IMG/VR virus record: IMGVR_UViG_3300034073_003340
Coordinates: 371,857 to 435,856 of that record
Length of the DNA stretch: 64,000 nt
Reading direction: 5' to 3' (one strand)
The translations under genes were made by a program, and so were the position numbers. Shown here in pieces: positions 24,337 through 34,125 of the stretch. Under the pieces are notes generated by a model. That model worked only from the letters and a program-made list of their open reading frames with translations. It was not told the DNA's origin and made no database searches. How positions within the stretch are numbered: the stretch's first letter is position 1; every line of letters starts with the position of its first letter.

Positions 24337-24438
24337 TTTCTGCCTCTCTGTTATATGTGTCAGAATACTGTATTTCACCAGTTTTGTCTATTTGTGACAG
24401 GTGAGCCCATGACTTTTTCAGCCATGGGCCCACAAATC

Positions 24439-26754
24439 TCAAAGTTTACAACTGTCGCAATCATCTTCCTGTAGAAGCTCAAGATCCTCGTCTTCTACCA
24501 GCTTTTCACTTTCAATAGTCTGGATTGCTGCCGCATCTTCCTGACCATCATATGTGTTAAAGTAGTACAAATTCTTCCCGCCATACTTGTAAAAGGTAAG
24601 AAGATCCATGATCATTTCCTTCATGGAAATCTCACGATCAGGATAATGATCAGGATTGTAGCTGGTGTTTACACTTGCGCTCTGGTCAATATACTTGAGT
24701 AAAACACACGACACCTTCAAGTAACCACGCGGACTCTTCTGATCCCAGAGAAGCTCATACTTGTTCTTCAGCTTACCAATCTCAGGAACAACCTGCTTGA
24801 GAATACCATGCTTGGAAACTTTTTCAGAAACCAAAGCTCTTACTGGTTCAATACCATTCGTGCTGTTTGATAGCTGAGCTGAAGTTTCAGCAGGCATCAA
24901 GGCCATCAGCGTTGTGTTGCGGATGCTTGTTTCCAATAGCTGCTGACGGAGATCATCCCAAGGCATGCGAAGCTTTGGCACAACTAATTCATCAACGTCG
25001 CTTTTGTAGGTATCAATTGGCAAAATACCCTTGCTGTATTTGCTCATGTGAGCACCCGAACAGGCACCCTTTTCCACTGCCAAATCAGCCGAGGCTTTGA
25101 TCAGATAATAAGCCATTCCTTCCATATATTCATCAATAATTGGAAGGGCAGCATCGTCATATTTCAAGCCGTTCTTAGCAAGAAAATAAGCCAGATTGAT
25201 AATACCCACACCAAGTGGTCTTAACTCCTTGGTGGCTAGCTCTGCGGCTTTAACTGGATAGTTCTGATAGCTAAGGATTTCATCCAAGAATCTAACCACC
25301 AACTTGGCCGGCTTTTCAAAATCATGTGGAGACTTAACTCTTCCCCAGTTCAAAGCACTCAACGTACAAAGGCTGATTCGTCCATCTGGATCATCATGAA
25401 ACTGCATGGGACGAGTAGGGAGGGTAATCTCTTGACAAAGATTGCTCTGTGTGATCGGAGCCAACTTGGGTAGATAGCTACCATGAGTGTTGGCGTGATC
25501 AATGTTCATGAGATAGATGCGACCAGTTTCCTTGCGCTCGGTCAAGAACGCAATGAACACATCTAAAGCCTTCATGGAATGCTTGCGAATCGAGGGATCG
25601 TTTTCATACTTGACATATAGACGATCAAACTCGTCCTGGTCCGCATAAAAGGCATCAAGAAGACCAGGAACGTCTCTGGGTGAAAAGAAGGTAATATCTC
25701 CACCTTCGACCAAACGCTGATACATCATGCGGTTGAATAGAAAGCTATAATCCAACTGACGAATACGATTGAATTCAGTTCCCTTATTGTTTTTGAGAAC
25801 CACCAGGCTTGGGAATTCAAAGTGCCATAGTGGGAAGTGAACGGTGGCAGCACCACCGCGAACACCACCCTGTGAGCAGCTCTTGACCGCAGCCTGCATC
25901 CAACGCAGGAATGGCAGAAGACCAGTATGCTCAGCATCACCATTGCGAATCTTAGATCCCAATGCGCGGATACGGCTCATGTCAATACCAAGACCGGCCT
26001 TTTGACTGATATACTTTACCACACTAACGTTGGTGGCAGCCAAGCTATCAAGAGAGTCATCAGTTGAAATGGTCACGCACGAGCTGAATTGCTTTTGTGG
26101 AGTTCGTAGACCGGCCATGATAGGAGTCGGTAGACTGATATCAAACTGACTGATGCTATCGTAGAAATCCTTGATGTATTCCATACGAGTGTCAGCAGGA
26201 TAAGACATAAAGCCCAGAGCGCTAATCAGAACTAGAGCAATCTGTGGAGTTTCAAAAAATTGGCCAGTGACACGATCCTTTACCAGGTATTTTCCTCGCC
26301 ACTGTTCCATTCCAGCATATGCTATTAGATCATCGCGAGAATGCTTGACGATTTTCTCAATCTTTTTCCAATCGTCCTCGCTGAAATTGTCTAGAAGTTC
26401 CTGAGTATAATGACCAAGCGCCACATTATGCTCAACTACCTGCTTGACCGTCCAAGGTTCATATCGACCATAGACTTCTTTTCTCAATTGATAGCTAGCT
26501 AGACGACTGGCCACGAACTGATAGTTGGGAGTTTCTTCACTAATCAGTTCACTTGCGCTCTTTACCAAGAGCTCATGAATATCAGTGCTGCGGACGCCAT
26601 CTTCTAGCTGAAGTTGAGCTCTCAACTCAACCTCAGACGGGGAAACCCCCGTCAGATCTTCGCACGCCCAAAACACAACCTTATGAATTTTTTCGAGGTT
26701 CAAAGCCTCTCTTCGACCGTCACGCTTGACGACCATAATTGGTGTGTTGCCCAT
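24439..26754 (-). CDS. nrdA: Class Ia ribonucleotide reductase alpha subunit with ATP cone
   Basis: VVKRDG ATP cone, PTPIMAG, QFSSC, SQGGVRGG, QSNLCQEI, CTLSALN and C-terminal CDSCKL. Confidence 0.97.
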   Translation of the reverse strand: MGNTPIMVVKRDGRREALNLEKIHKVVFWACEDLTGVSPSEVELRAQLQLEDGVRSTDIHELLVKSASELISEETPNYQFVASRLASYQLRKEVYGRYEPWTVKQVVEHNVALGHYTQELLDNFSEDDWKKIEKIVKHSRDDLIAYAGMEQWRGKYLVKDRVTGQFFETPQIALVLISALGFMSYPADTRMEYIKDFYDSISQFDISLPTPIMAGLRTPQKQFSSCVTISTDDSLDSLAATNVSVVKYISQKAGLGIDMSRIRALGSKIRNGDAEHTGLLPFLRWMQAAVKSCSQGGVRGGAATVHFPLWHFEFPSLVVLKNNKGTEFNRIRQLDYSFLFNRMMYQRLVEGGDITFFSPRDVPGLLDAFYADQDEFDRLYVKYENDPSIRKHSMKALDVFIAFLTERKETGRIYLMNIDHANTHGSYLPKLAPITQSNLCQEITLPTRPMQFHDDPDGRISLCTLSALNWGRVKSPHDFEKPAKLVVRFLDEILSYQNYPVKAAELATKELRPLGVGIINLAYFLAKNGLKYDDAALPIIDEYMEGMAYYLIKASADLAVEKGACSGAHMSKYSKGILPIDTYKSDVDELVVPKLRMPWDDLRQQLLETSIRNTTLMALMPAETSAQLSNSTNGIEPVRALVSEKVSKHGILKQVVPEIGKLKNKYELLWDQKSPRGYLKVSCVLLKYIDQSASVNTSYNPDHYPDREISMKEMIMDLLTFYKYGGKNLYYFNTYDGQEDAAAIQTIESEKLVEDEDLELLQEDDCDSCKL

Positions 26755-26787
26755 GTTTTTCCTTGTTCTTTTTATCTTTAGGGCAGA

Positions 26788-26825
26788 TATTTAGTGGGTC
26801 AAAATAAGCATTTTCCAGGTATTTA
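26788..26825 (-). promoter_or_regulatory. Two tandem late-promoter boxes upstream of nrdA
   Basis: TATTTA at 26788-26793 and 26820-26825; the second lies inside the inverted repeat TTCCAGG/CCTGGAA. Confidence 0.5.
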
Positions 26826-26846
26826 GAACTCCTGGAACCATGCTAA

Positions 26847-27299
26847 TTAGACTTCCGTGTGTCCACCCTCGGGGTTCACGCGGTAACTCACCAAGTATGT
26901 ACAATTTGCCCGCTCTGTGTCAAAATTCAGGACCTCTGAATGGATATAATTCAGAGCCCATTTGTTATCCACCAAAAGAACCATGGTCTCCATGCTCTCT
27001 TTTTGGTTTCTAACATAGTGTAGTCTAAGTCGTTCTGGATTCCACCCTATCATAATCAGGGTTTGCTCCATTAGATATGCTTTGGCGGTATCGTCAAAAT
27101 CACCACCATTGATTAATTCCCAAGGACCTGGCCAAGAAGCAGAGTCATAGATATCTAGCACATATGTAGAAAGTGGTGCCATGGCAACCCATTCAGCAAC
27201 ACGATTAAGTTGCTCATGCTCTTCTAGATTCTCAAGACTTTGGCGAAATGCTCTCCACTCAACAAGACGCTCACTATTGGGTAGAAGAAACGGATTCAT
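26847..27299 (-). CDS. Conserved-looking large-phage hypothetical protein
   Basis: RLVEWRAFRQSL...WPGPWELI; GGGGA RBS. Confidence 0.72.
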   Translation of the reverse strand: MNPFLLPNSERLVEWRAFRQSLENLEEHEQLNRVAEWVAMAPLSTYVLDIYDSASWPGPWELINGGDFDDTAKAYLMEQTLIMIGWNPERLRLHYVRNQKESMETMVLLVDNKWALNYIHSEVLNFDTERANCTYLVSYRVNPEGGHTEV

Positions 27300-27318
27300 G
27301 TTATTCCCCTAGGAGAAG

Positions 27319-27921
27319 TTATACCACAGGTGTTGACCACTCACGACCGTTTATAGTCAAGGTAAAATCAGAAGAAATTCCTGTTTTACAACTCAACCAC
27401 GAAACACCGTTGTCAGTTCCCTCGCTCGATAAACGAGTAAGTCTGAATTCAACTGAACTGGTATCGGGTTGACCCAGTGTTGATTTAAAGACTACTCCGA
27501 TCTGTGATAAATCTGGATCGCTAGGGTGAACACATACTGATAGCTCACCTAAAATTTTCAAATTGCCGTTATTGGCACTGAGCCCAAAGTCATAGATTGC
27601 GAACTCTCTAGAGCCATGGGCAAAAAGAGGAACACAAGAGACAAATACGCTAGAAATATTAGATGGCAGTTCCGCGGCCGCTAGGGCACCATGATGGTAG
27701 ACATCGCCTTTTATGCCTCGTTGAACATCTAATTCAGTAATGATCTTGATATTCTGATATGGATAGGAGCGACGTCCGGACACCGCCGGATGATTAGGCG
27801 CACCATAGAATATCTCTCCGGTATCAGTTGTCATTCCAATTTCACCGTCCGCCAAGGCATCTGGTAACTCACTGGCGGTGCCTCTGCGATGCTGAATACG
27901 ACTGATCTGATAAACCGCCAT
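27319..27921 (-). CDS. Virion structural protein with Mtd-N-like N-terminus
   Basis: IQHRRGTASELPDALADGEIGMTTDTGEIFYG matches tail-fibre/Mtd N-terminal motifs; GGAGG RBS; late box upstream. Confidence 0.75.
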   Translation of the reverse strand: MAVYQISRIQHRRGTASELPDALADGEIGMTTDTGEIFYGAPNHPAVSGRRSYPYQNIKIITELDVQRGIKGDVYHHGALAAAELPSNISSVFVSCVPLFAHGSREFAIYDFGLSANNGNLKILGELSVCVHPSDPDLSQIGVVFKSTLGQPDTSSVEFRLTRLSSEGTDNGVSWLSCKTGISSDFTLTINGREWSTPVV

Positions 27922-27943
27922 TGTCTGACCTCCAATTGTAGTG

Positions 27944-27949
27944 TATTTA
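27944..27949 (-). promoter_or_regulatory. Late promoter box TAAATA
   Basis: TATTTA 23 nt upstream of the 27921 start. Confidence 0.6.
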
Positions 27950-27960
27950 TTGCGTTTGGC

Positions 27961-27988
27961 TTGACAATCTTGCCACTTTTGTTACACT
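27961..27988 (+). promoter_or_regulatory. sigma70-type promoter for the SWIM gene
   Basis: TTGACA-N16-TACACT. Confidence 0.55.
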
Positions 27989-27993
27989 AAGGA

Positions 27994-28407
27994 ATGAACA
28001 TAACAAAGATACCAGCTATTGGGACTAGAGTCTCAGTTGAGACTCTATATTCCATTGAATGGATGAACTTCCCAAAGCCTGCCATTGTTGGCATTGTCGC
28101 TCCCAGTAATCCTTGGGATCAACCAGGGACCTTCAAAATAACCAATCGAGAAGACGCCCTGGCTCGTCATAAGCATGACAGTGTTATTTCCATTGAGCGG
28201 GTCAAAAGTCTAAAAATACTAGACTCAAAGCCCAATCAAGAATCACCTATGGAAAATGCGGTCAATACCTTTGAGATCAAAGGCAGCAAGGGTGATATCT
28301 ACACCGTGGTCCTGGATGGTGAAAAGGCGTCCTGTAACTGCCAAGCTGGCTCTCATGGTCGCCTGTGTAAGCATATCAAGACTGCTCGCCAGATGCAGAT
28401 TGGTTGA
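27994..28407 (+). CDS. Protein with C-terminal SWIM zinc finger
   Basis: GSKGDIYTVVLDGEKASCNCQAGSHGRLCKHIK (CxC...CxH). Confidence 0.8.
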   Translation: MNITKIPAIGTRVSVETLYSIEWMNFPKPAIVGIVAPSNPWDQPGTFKITNREDALARHKHDSVISIERVKSLKILDSKPNQESPMENAVNTFEIKGSKGDIYTVVLDGEKASCNCQAGSHGRLCKHIKTARQMQIG

Positions 28408-29071
28408 AGAATATATCAAGACGTTCTAACCATTCATCAGTGGCTTTGGTAAACTCTTCACCTTCAAAAACAAATTCTTGAAAGCTAAGATCTCTAGCCA
28501 CCATAAAGATCACACCCCGTTTGATTTCAGTTCCAAACAACTCATTGTGAGCAAGCGCATACGCAGATAGCTGACAGGCATAGTTGTTGATTTTGTCTTT
28601 GCTTTTCATCTTATTGGTGGTTTTATAATCCATAATGGCAGGTTCACCGTTGTGAATACCAATTAGGTCAGCAGTTCCCGCATATAGTTTGGGAAAATAA
28701 AGCATTTCCTCCATGGCCCAAACTTCGCTTACGTTAACCAAACCTCTGTGAATAATGACATCGGCCATATTGCTAGCCATTTGCCTCACTAGATTATTTC
28801 CTCTTGGTCTTTCAATCTGCATCATCCAGTTTTCCAAATGGGTATGCATCAGAGATCCTAGACCAGTGGCTTCATCTCTTATTTGATCAGCCTTTTTGTC
28901 ACCTACCCATGCTCTCCACTCCATGAGTCCGGTTTTATCTTCAGTTGCTCCCAGAATGGTAGTAACACTTGATAATTGATTCCCCTCAGGGCAAACATAA
29001 AATCTATTGCCATCAGGGTGTGTCACACGTTCAAGAGTGTGATAATTGAAATGTTTTTTAACGGGGATCAT
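28376..29071 (-). CDS. PD-(D/E)xK exonuclease (RecB/Cas4-like phage exonuclease)
   Basis: LSSVTTIL, GSLMHTHLE, YAGTADL, IMDYKTT and QLSAYALA. Confidence 0.85.
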   Translation of the reverse strand: MIPVKKHFNYHTLERVTHPDGNRFYVCPEGNQLSSVTTILGATEDKTGLMEWRAWVGDKKADQIRDEATGLGSLMHTHLENWMMQIERPRGNNLVRQMASNMADVIIHRGLVNVSEVWAMEEMLYFPKLYAGTADLIGIHNGEPAIMDYKTTNKMKSKDKINNYACQLSAYALAHNELFGTEIKRGVIFMVARDLSFQEFVFEGEEFTKATDEWLERLDIFFNQSASGEQS

Positions 29072-29138
29072 GAGCTCTTTTCTTTCTAGTATATAGGTTC
29101 TGGATAATCTGAGTCTATATCCGATCTACTGCTCATGG

Positions 29139-29171
29139 ATGAAGCGGATGTTTCCATCCGCTTCATATTTA
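29139..29171 (-). promoter_or_regulatory. Late promoter box fused to a perfect 12-bp GAAA-loop hairpin
   Basis: Minus strand TAAAT-ATGAAGCGGATG-GAAA-CATCCGCTTCAT; TAAATA at 29171-29166. Confidence 0.7.
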
Positions 29172-30821
29172 TTAGCGCTCTGAGACCTTCTTTGTGATCA
29201 CCTTTGGTGAGGTTTTCTTATTGGAGCGGGCATCGTTATCAAATTCCTCAAGAGAACCATATTCAAATTCAGCTTGTTTGATTATTTCACCATCAAGTTT
29301 GGGATCTCCAAATAGTTTTGCGCAAACTGCTTTGATGACCTGATTGATGTGGGACTGTGGGTTTCTCTTGATGGTTGCCCTCACGACTCTCAGCGCATGG
29401 GCTATCTGTCCTACCGTAAGCTTATAGCCTTTCATCATGCGTTCATTGACTTCTTCATCTTGGGTCTCGGCATGAATAGCTTCAAAAAAGCCCTTAGACA
29501 GCTCTTCTAGGCGTGCTCTGGTTTCGTGGACTGTAGGTGTAGAGGAAACCGGAGAGGCCCCGTGACGGACTCCTGCGAGTCTCTGAGCTTCCATGATTTG
29601 CTGTTGGAAGAATACTTCCTCGGTAGTCTCATCAACAATTTCTTCAACAGTTTCAGAATTAGCATCTTCATAGAACTGACGATACTCACCGATGGGCAAG
29701 ACGTCGATGCCAAGAACATAGGCACCTTCTGACAATGATACGGGGATGGTTCCTGCGGATACTTGGGCAGCAACAGCGCGGGCCGAGCCATAATCAGCAA
29801 AACCTTCTTGGACTAGAATCGTTTCAGTCCCAGCGGTTGCCCAGCTTGGATTCACAGCCGAACCAATGTTCTCCATGATCTGCGTGTGGACGACGACCAC
29901 AAAATTATTGGCTTCCATTACTGCTTCCTCCTCTGATAGTTCTTCTTCAATGCCGGCCTCACAAACAGGGAGGTCCAAATTATCATCAAACAGATCAACA
30001 TCAGGTCTGTTATTTTCCTGAATAGTATCTTCATAGAACTGGTCCTCCACATCGGTAAGGAGGGCATCAGTCTCCATGATATATTTCAAAGCACGAGCAC
30101 GAAATTCATCTTCAGACAATAGACCGAAATCGTGCATATAGGGTGTTCCCTGATAGTGCTTATAGCCCAGACTCAACACGGTGTTGACATCAGCACCCTC
30201 GCCTAGACCACCCCATTCAAGACATTCCTGTAGGTCTCCACGGTTCAAGCCTTCAGCTATTTCACTTAGACCTTCTGCTAGGCTTTCTGAGACTTTTCGA
30301 GCCACCATGATTGGGCTTTTGATGTTTTTGCCCAATAAGCCGCGCCTTTTGAAATCAGCATATGTTTCTTGGCGAGCCAACATCGCATGACTTTTAGAAG
30401 CACTAAAAGCAATGACCTGAAAATGCTCCATGTCAAATTCAGTACAGCCGCCATACATCGTTGTTGGCTTAAAGGTTACGCTCTTGAAAGCTTTGATGGC
30501 TTCATTTTTGTTAGAGTAACCCAACATGACTTTGTCTTCATCAAACTTGGATCCATCAACAGTCATTTGGTGCATGACGTATACTTTGGCATCCTTCTTT
30601 GGATTCTTCCTGACATAACAATCCAAATGCTCACCATCTGGACTGTGTGTTCCTTTGATATAACCATAGTGGGCCGGTACCTTGACTGCCCATTCCTCAC
30701 CAGTCTTTTTGTTTTTGCCTCTTCTGAATCCGTCGGCAGGAACTTCAATGCTAATATCCAGTCCTTCGAAGTTCATATGGCGGTGAAGCTTGGCTTCATT
30801 AAGGCTTCTAATAAAGTCCAT
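29172..30821 (-). CDS. Probable internal virion protein with N-terminal inorganic-pyrophosphatase-like (InPase) domain
   Basis: HYGYIKGTHSPDGEHLDCYV...FDEDKVMLGY PPase-fold motif, followed by an acidic region. Start set at MDF (TAATG overlap). Confidence 0.75.
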   Translation of the reverse strand: MDFIRSLNEAKLHRHMNFEGLDISIEVPADGFRRGKNKKTGEEWAVKVPAHYGYIKGTHSPDGEHLDCYVRKNPKKDAKVYVMHQMTVDGSKFDEDKVMLGYSNKNEAIKAFKSVTFKPTTMYGGCTEFDMEHFQVIAFSASKSHAMLARQETYADFKRRGLLGKNIKSPIMVARKVSESLAEGLSEIAEGLNRGDLQECLEWGGLGEGADVNTVLSLGYKHYQGTPYMHDFGLLSEDEFRARALKYIMETDALLTDVEDQFYEDTIQENNRPDVDLFDDNLDLPVCEAGIEEELSEEEAVMEANNFVVVVHTQIMENIGSAVNPSWATAGTETILVQEGFADYGSARAVAAQVSAGTIPVSLSEGAYVLGIDVLPIGEYRQFYEDANSETVEEIVDETTEEVFFQQQIMEAQRLAGVRHGASPVSSTPTVHETRARLEELSKGFFEAIHAETQDEEVNERMMKGYKLTVGQIAHALRVVRATIKRNPQSHINQVIKAVCAKLFGDPKLDGEIIKQAEFEYGSLEEFDNDARSNKKTSPKVITKKVSER

Positions 30822-31171
30822 TACCAGAGTATCCTCCATTTAAAGGTGTTACCAGTGTTGGCCTTCAGGGGTGTCACTTGATAACCTAGATCCACAAATG
30901 TCTTGCGGACGATGTTAATCTGTTCGGTCAAAGTTCTGATGTTGACATCGGTGAAAAGAGTTGCGAAATAGTCGCTTGGATCAATCACATCTTCATTTTG
31001 GTAATTCACATCCAATGGATTTGTCATTGGACTATTTGAAATTTCAACCTCATATTCGCCCTGTTCTATCGCTTGATAGATTGCTTGCTCGATGGCTCTG
31101 ATTTCCGCGTGAATGATTAGATTATTGCGGGAACCTGCTCTTGCTTCTGCTGCGGTAGGAAAGGTGCTCAT
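30821..31171 (-). CDS. Late hypothetical (virion) protein
   Basis: Coupled ORF in the late block; ends TFKWRILW. Confidence 0.7.
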   Translation of the reverse strand: MSTFPTAAEARAGSRNNLIIHAEIRAIEQAIYQAIEQGEYEVEISNSPMTNPLDVNYQNEDVIDPSDYFATLFTDVNIRTLTEQINIVRKTFVDLGYQVTPLKANTGNTFKWRILW

Positions 31172-31533
31172 TCGCTATTATTCCTTTCTACGGAACGAAG
31201 GGCCGCTGAACGAATATTCTTTTCATCCTTTTCAGCTTGCTTTTGATCAACCTGACGGCCGGCCGTCGGATTTTCCCAAAATATAGTCATTTGTCCAGTT
31301 TCTGGGTCTGTTTCAATCTTGATACCCTTGGTATTAGCAAGAGCTTGATTCACCAAATCAGATTCCAAACGAAAGCCTTCAAAGTCTGGTGATTTGTTTA
31401 GCTGATCGATTACCTGCTGAACGGTAATACTGTCCATGCCTTGTGCCTTTAACGGCGCGATGATATCCATGATATAGCTCTTGGCCATAGTCACGACACT
31501 CATCTCTTCTGTAACTATCTCGTTCCAGCGCAT
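31168..31533 (-). CDS. Late hypothetical (virion) protein
   Basis: AGGAG RBS; late box at 31555-31560; MRWNEIVTE start. Confidence 0.75.
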   Translation of the reverse strand: MRWNEIVTEEMSVVTMAKSYIMDIIAPLKAQGMDSITVQQVIDQLNKSPDFEGFRLESDLVNQALANTKGIKIETDPETGQMTIFWENPTAGRQVDQKQAEKDEKNIRSAALRSVERNNSE

Positions 31534-31554
31534 AAACGTCTCCTAATTTCATAC

Positions 31555-31560
31555 TATTTA
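31555..31560 (-). promoter_or_regulatory. Late promoter box TAAATA
   Basis: TATTTA 22 nt upstream of the 31533 start. Confidence 0.6.
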
Positions 31561-31582
31561 CCGTATATCGTTCAGAGACAGC

Positions 31583-31608
31583 GAAGCCCTGGATTTCTCC
31601 AGGGCTTC
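31583..31608 (-). terminator. Hairpin/terminator with GAAA tetraloop
   Basis: Minus strand GAAGCCCTGGA-GAAA-TCCAGGGCTTC, a perfect 11-bp stem. Confidence 0.75.
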
Positions 31609-31614
31609 ACTATT

Positions 31615-33756
31615 TTACTTTTCAGAAGCTTCGCTATCCGATTCGTTGTTCTTTACAAATGGATTGCCCTTTGACTTCTTGGCCTTTGGCTTTTCAGTTT
31701 TTGGCTCTTCTTTTGGGGCTTCTTCAGCCGTTGGGGCTTCTTCAACCTTTGGTTCAGGAGCACCACCTTCAGTCTTAGCGGGGCCACTTGGATTTGCCTT
31801 GAGCTTTCCGTAATCGGTAGAAAACGGTTCTCCCTTGTACTGACCCATGGTATCAACTGGCCAATGCGCGGCGTTGATGTTTTCATCCAGTTCTTGGCTA
31901 CTTTCGTCAGTTACGCCTTGAATGTCAACATTGCCTTCATGCTTGTCGGCCCACGCCATGTATGCGGCACCATTCTTAAACGTCTTATCAAAACGCTTAT
32001 TATTCATGCCCATTAGACCATAAGCACGAACCTTGCCTACCCAACCACCGTTTGGATCTTCAGATTCATTCATACCGGTCTGTTTGTCGTCAGATACAAG
32101 GCTTGCTGCCTTCTGCGCAAAGTCACCAGCATTCTTAGGAGCGTTGCCATCCTTTTTCAACTGATTAAGAATCTTAGTAGCAGCGGTGCGTTCTTGACCA
32201 GTTAGACCAGTCATAGCACTTGAAACACTCTTTGTGGCTGCGGTTTTATCGTTCCCCATGGCGCTTCCCAGCTTGGCTAGGGCAGAGTTTCCATTTTTCT
32301 TGTCCATTGGATTCAGAGTGGAAAACTCACGAAGCTTTGAAACACTATAGGCAGCTGGTTTCATTCCAAATTCGGAAACAAATGCTTCTACCACAATAGC
32401 TTCTAGGTCTTCGCTTCCTTCAACTAGATTCTTACCAGCTAGATAAGAAACGGCTTCTTTTACAGCCTTGGCAGCATTGCCTTTGTTTTCGCGCTTGATT
32501 GAAGCCTCAATCAATCTAGCAATAGCATGGGCCGCAATAACGGTCTCATCTAGTTTGTCATCACCCTTGCGCTTGCGAGCACTTTTGCGTTCAACATCTT
32601 TGGACTTCTTTTCCCAAGAATCTTCGTCATCGTTGGCCTTGTAGGTTTTTCCTTCGTCAACCTTGTCGTCGCCCTTGCGTCTACGAGCAGCCTTGCGTTC
32701 AACATCTCTGGATCTAACATCGTCCATATCAGCATCTTCGCCACGCTTGTAGGTCTTTCCCTCATTGACAGATTCTGACCAATACCAACCATCTTCTTTC
32801 TTCATGATCGAGAAGTTGGTTCCTTCGGACCCGCCGCCAATTTCACTCTTGGCGTCAGCTCTGGCGGCCATTTTACTACTGAATGGACCATAGCAATCAG
32901 ACTTGCCGGCTCTTGATTCAACAAGGCCGAGATCAGGCGTACGGTCTTGAGTAAAGGTTGGTTCAGCAAGTTGAACCATTGCTGCCATACCGTGCTTCTT
33001 TTTGCCAATCCAACCTGCTAGTTTCGCAGGATCGCTTGCTGCTTTTTGAGCAATGCTGGTAGCAAATGATCTAAAATGTTCTTCTGGCATGCCTGCCGCT
33101 GCCTCATTTAGAACCCAACTAATAAGAGAGCTCAAACCCTCTTCCTTAATTAGTCTACGACCGGCAGATTCAAGGATAAGAGACTCATTGAGGGCTTTTC
33201 CGCCTTCAACTGATTCTTTACGCGCACGACCCAGTGGTTCGTCTTCTGGACCCGCAGCCGCATCAGCTGCTCCAAAATCATCCATTGCTGCGTCAACGGC
33301 ATCAGCGTCATCTGCCGGTGCCATTTCATCCGACGAAGCCATTTCATCAGATGCCATATCATTTGCTGGAATTTTACCTTCCAGCTTTAGAACAGCATTA
33401 CCCAGTTCATCTTTTGCGTGACGGACCGTATTCATAGCGTCTGAAATTGCTTCCTGAGAAGTGACTTCAAAGGTATGAGCGGCTTCTGGTCCAAAGGCGC
33501 CCTTCATCTTATCAACAAGAGGAAATAGATCCTGGGCATTCATCTTTGCTAGATCTTCAGCCATGTTCTGAAGCTTGTGCATCAGATCCTGGGCCGCTAG
33601 GATAAGTTCAGCCTGGTCCAGGTCGTTCTCTAGTAGAGTTGACAAGCTAACTGGCTTAGCAGCTTCTTCAAGCTGACGAGCCTTCATGAGAGCAGCCTGC
33701 GTTCGAGCAAACTCCTCCTTGATCGCCAGCAGCCTTTTCATTTTGGTGTCTGTCAT
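31615..33756 (-). CDS. Large acidic head-internal/scaffold-like protein with internal repeat
   Basis: 713 aa; coiled-coil N-terminus (LLENDLDQAELILAAQD), many x-x-E-S/G motifs and a 36-aa tandem duplication; AGGAG RBS. Confidence 0.75.
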   Translation of the reverse strand: MTDTKMKRLLAIKEEFARTQAALMKARQLEEAAKPVSLSTLLENDLDQAELILAAQDLMHKLQNMAEDLAKMNAQDLFPLVDKMKGAFGPEAAHTFEVTSQEAISDAMNTVRHAKDELGNAVLKLEGKIPANDMASDEMASSDEMAPADDADAVDAAMDDFGAADAAAGPEDEPLGRARKESVEGGKALNESLILESAGRRLIKEEGLSSLISWVLNEAAAGMPEEHFRSFATSIAQKAASDPAKLAGWIGKKKHGMAAMVQLAEPTFTQDRTPDLGLVESRAGKSDCYGPFSSKMAARADAKSEIGGGSEGTNFSIMKKEDGWYWSESVNEGKTYKRGEDADMDDVRSRDVERKAARRRKGDDKVDEGKTYKANDDEDSWEKKSKDVERKSARKRKGDDKLDETVIAAHAIARLIEASIKRENKGNAAKAVKEAVSYLAGKNLVEGSEDLEAIVVEAFVSEFGMKPAAYSVSKLREFSTLNPMDKKNGNSALAKLGSAMGNDKTAATKSVSSAMTGLTGQERTAATKILNQLKKDGNAPKNAGDFAQKAASLVSDDKQTGMNESEDPNGGWVGKVRAYGLMGMNNKRFDKTFKNGAAYMAWADKHEGNVDIQGVTDESSQELDENINAAHWPVDTMGQYKGEPFSTDYGKLKANPSGPAKTEGGAPEPKVEEAPTAEEAPKEEPKTEKPKAKKSKGNPFVKNNESDSEASEK
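32555..32770 (-). repeat. Two-copy 108-bp (36-codon) intragenic tandem duplication
   Basis: EGKTYKRGEDADMDDVRSRDVERKAARRRKGDDKVD / EGKTYKANDDEDSWEKKSKDVERKSARKRKGDDKLD; units start at 32555 and 32663. Confidence 0.85.
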
Positions 33757-33768
33757 ATGGTTTGCTCC

Positions 33769-34125
33769 TTACGCGGAAGTCTTCTTGGATCGCTTGATAC
33801 GCTTTGGGGCAACTTCGCTAAGAAAGATGCCAATTGCTTCCTGGATTAAAACAGCTTTGGTGTAAGATGGATCATTGTTGTAGGAGTTAAAAGCAGACTC
33901 CTTGACAATTCTGCTGCGTTCAAGACCATACATCTCATAGATGCTTTGGAGTTGAGCCAAGCTTTCGGCAGCATCAAAATCTATCGTCAATCCGTAGAGC
34001 GACTCAAGGACGGTTAAAACCCTTGAGAGACGATAACTTGCGCTGGTGTTGAGTTCATCAATAACCATGGCATCCTTCCAGGTAGGTAAGCTGCGATATT
34101 CTGTATATTTAGTCAGGTAAGTCAT
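33769..34125 (-). CDS. Late hypothetical protein
   Basis: 118-aa ORF in the late block. Confidence 0.7.
   Translation of the reverse strand: MTYLTKYTEYRSLPTWKDAMVIDELNTSASYRLSRVLTVLESLYGLTIDFDAAESLAQLQSIYEMYGLERSRIVKESAFNSYNNDPSYTKAVLIQEAIGIFLSEVAPKRIKRSKKTSA

Noticed and set aside
23206-26754. Introns or inteins in nrdA and nrdB (also checked recA, helicase and topoisomerase)
   Set aside because: The ORFs are uninterrupted and of normal length, with no intein splice motifs or LAGLIDADG/HNH inserts.
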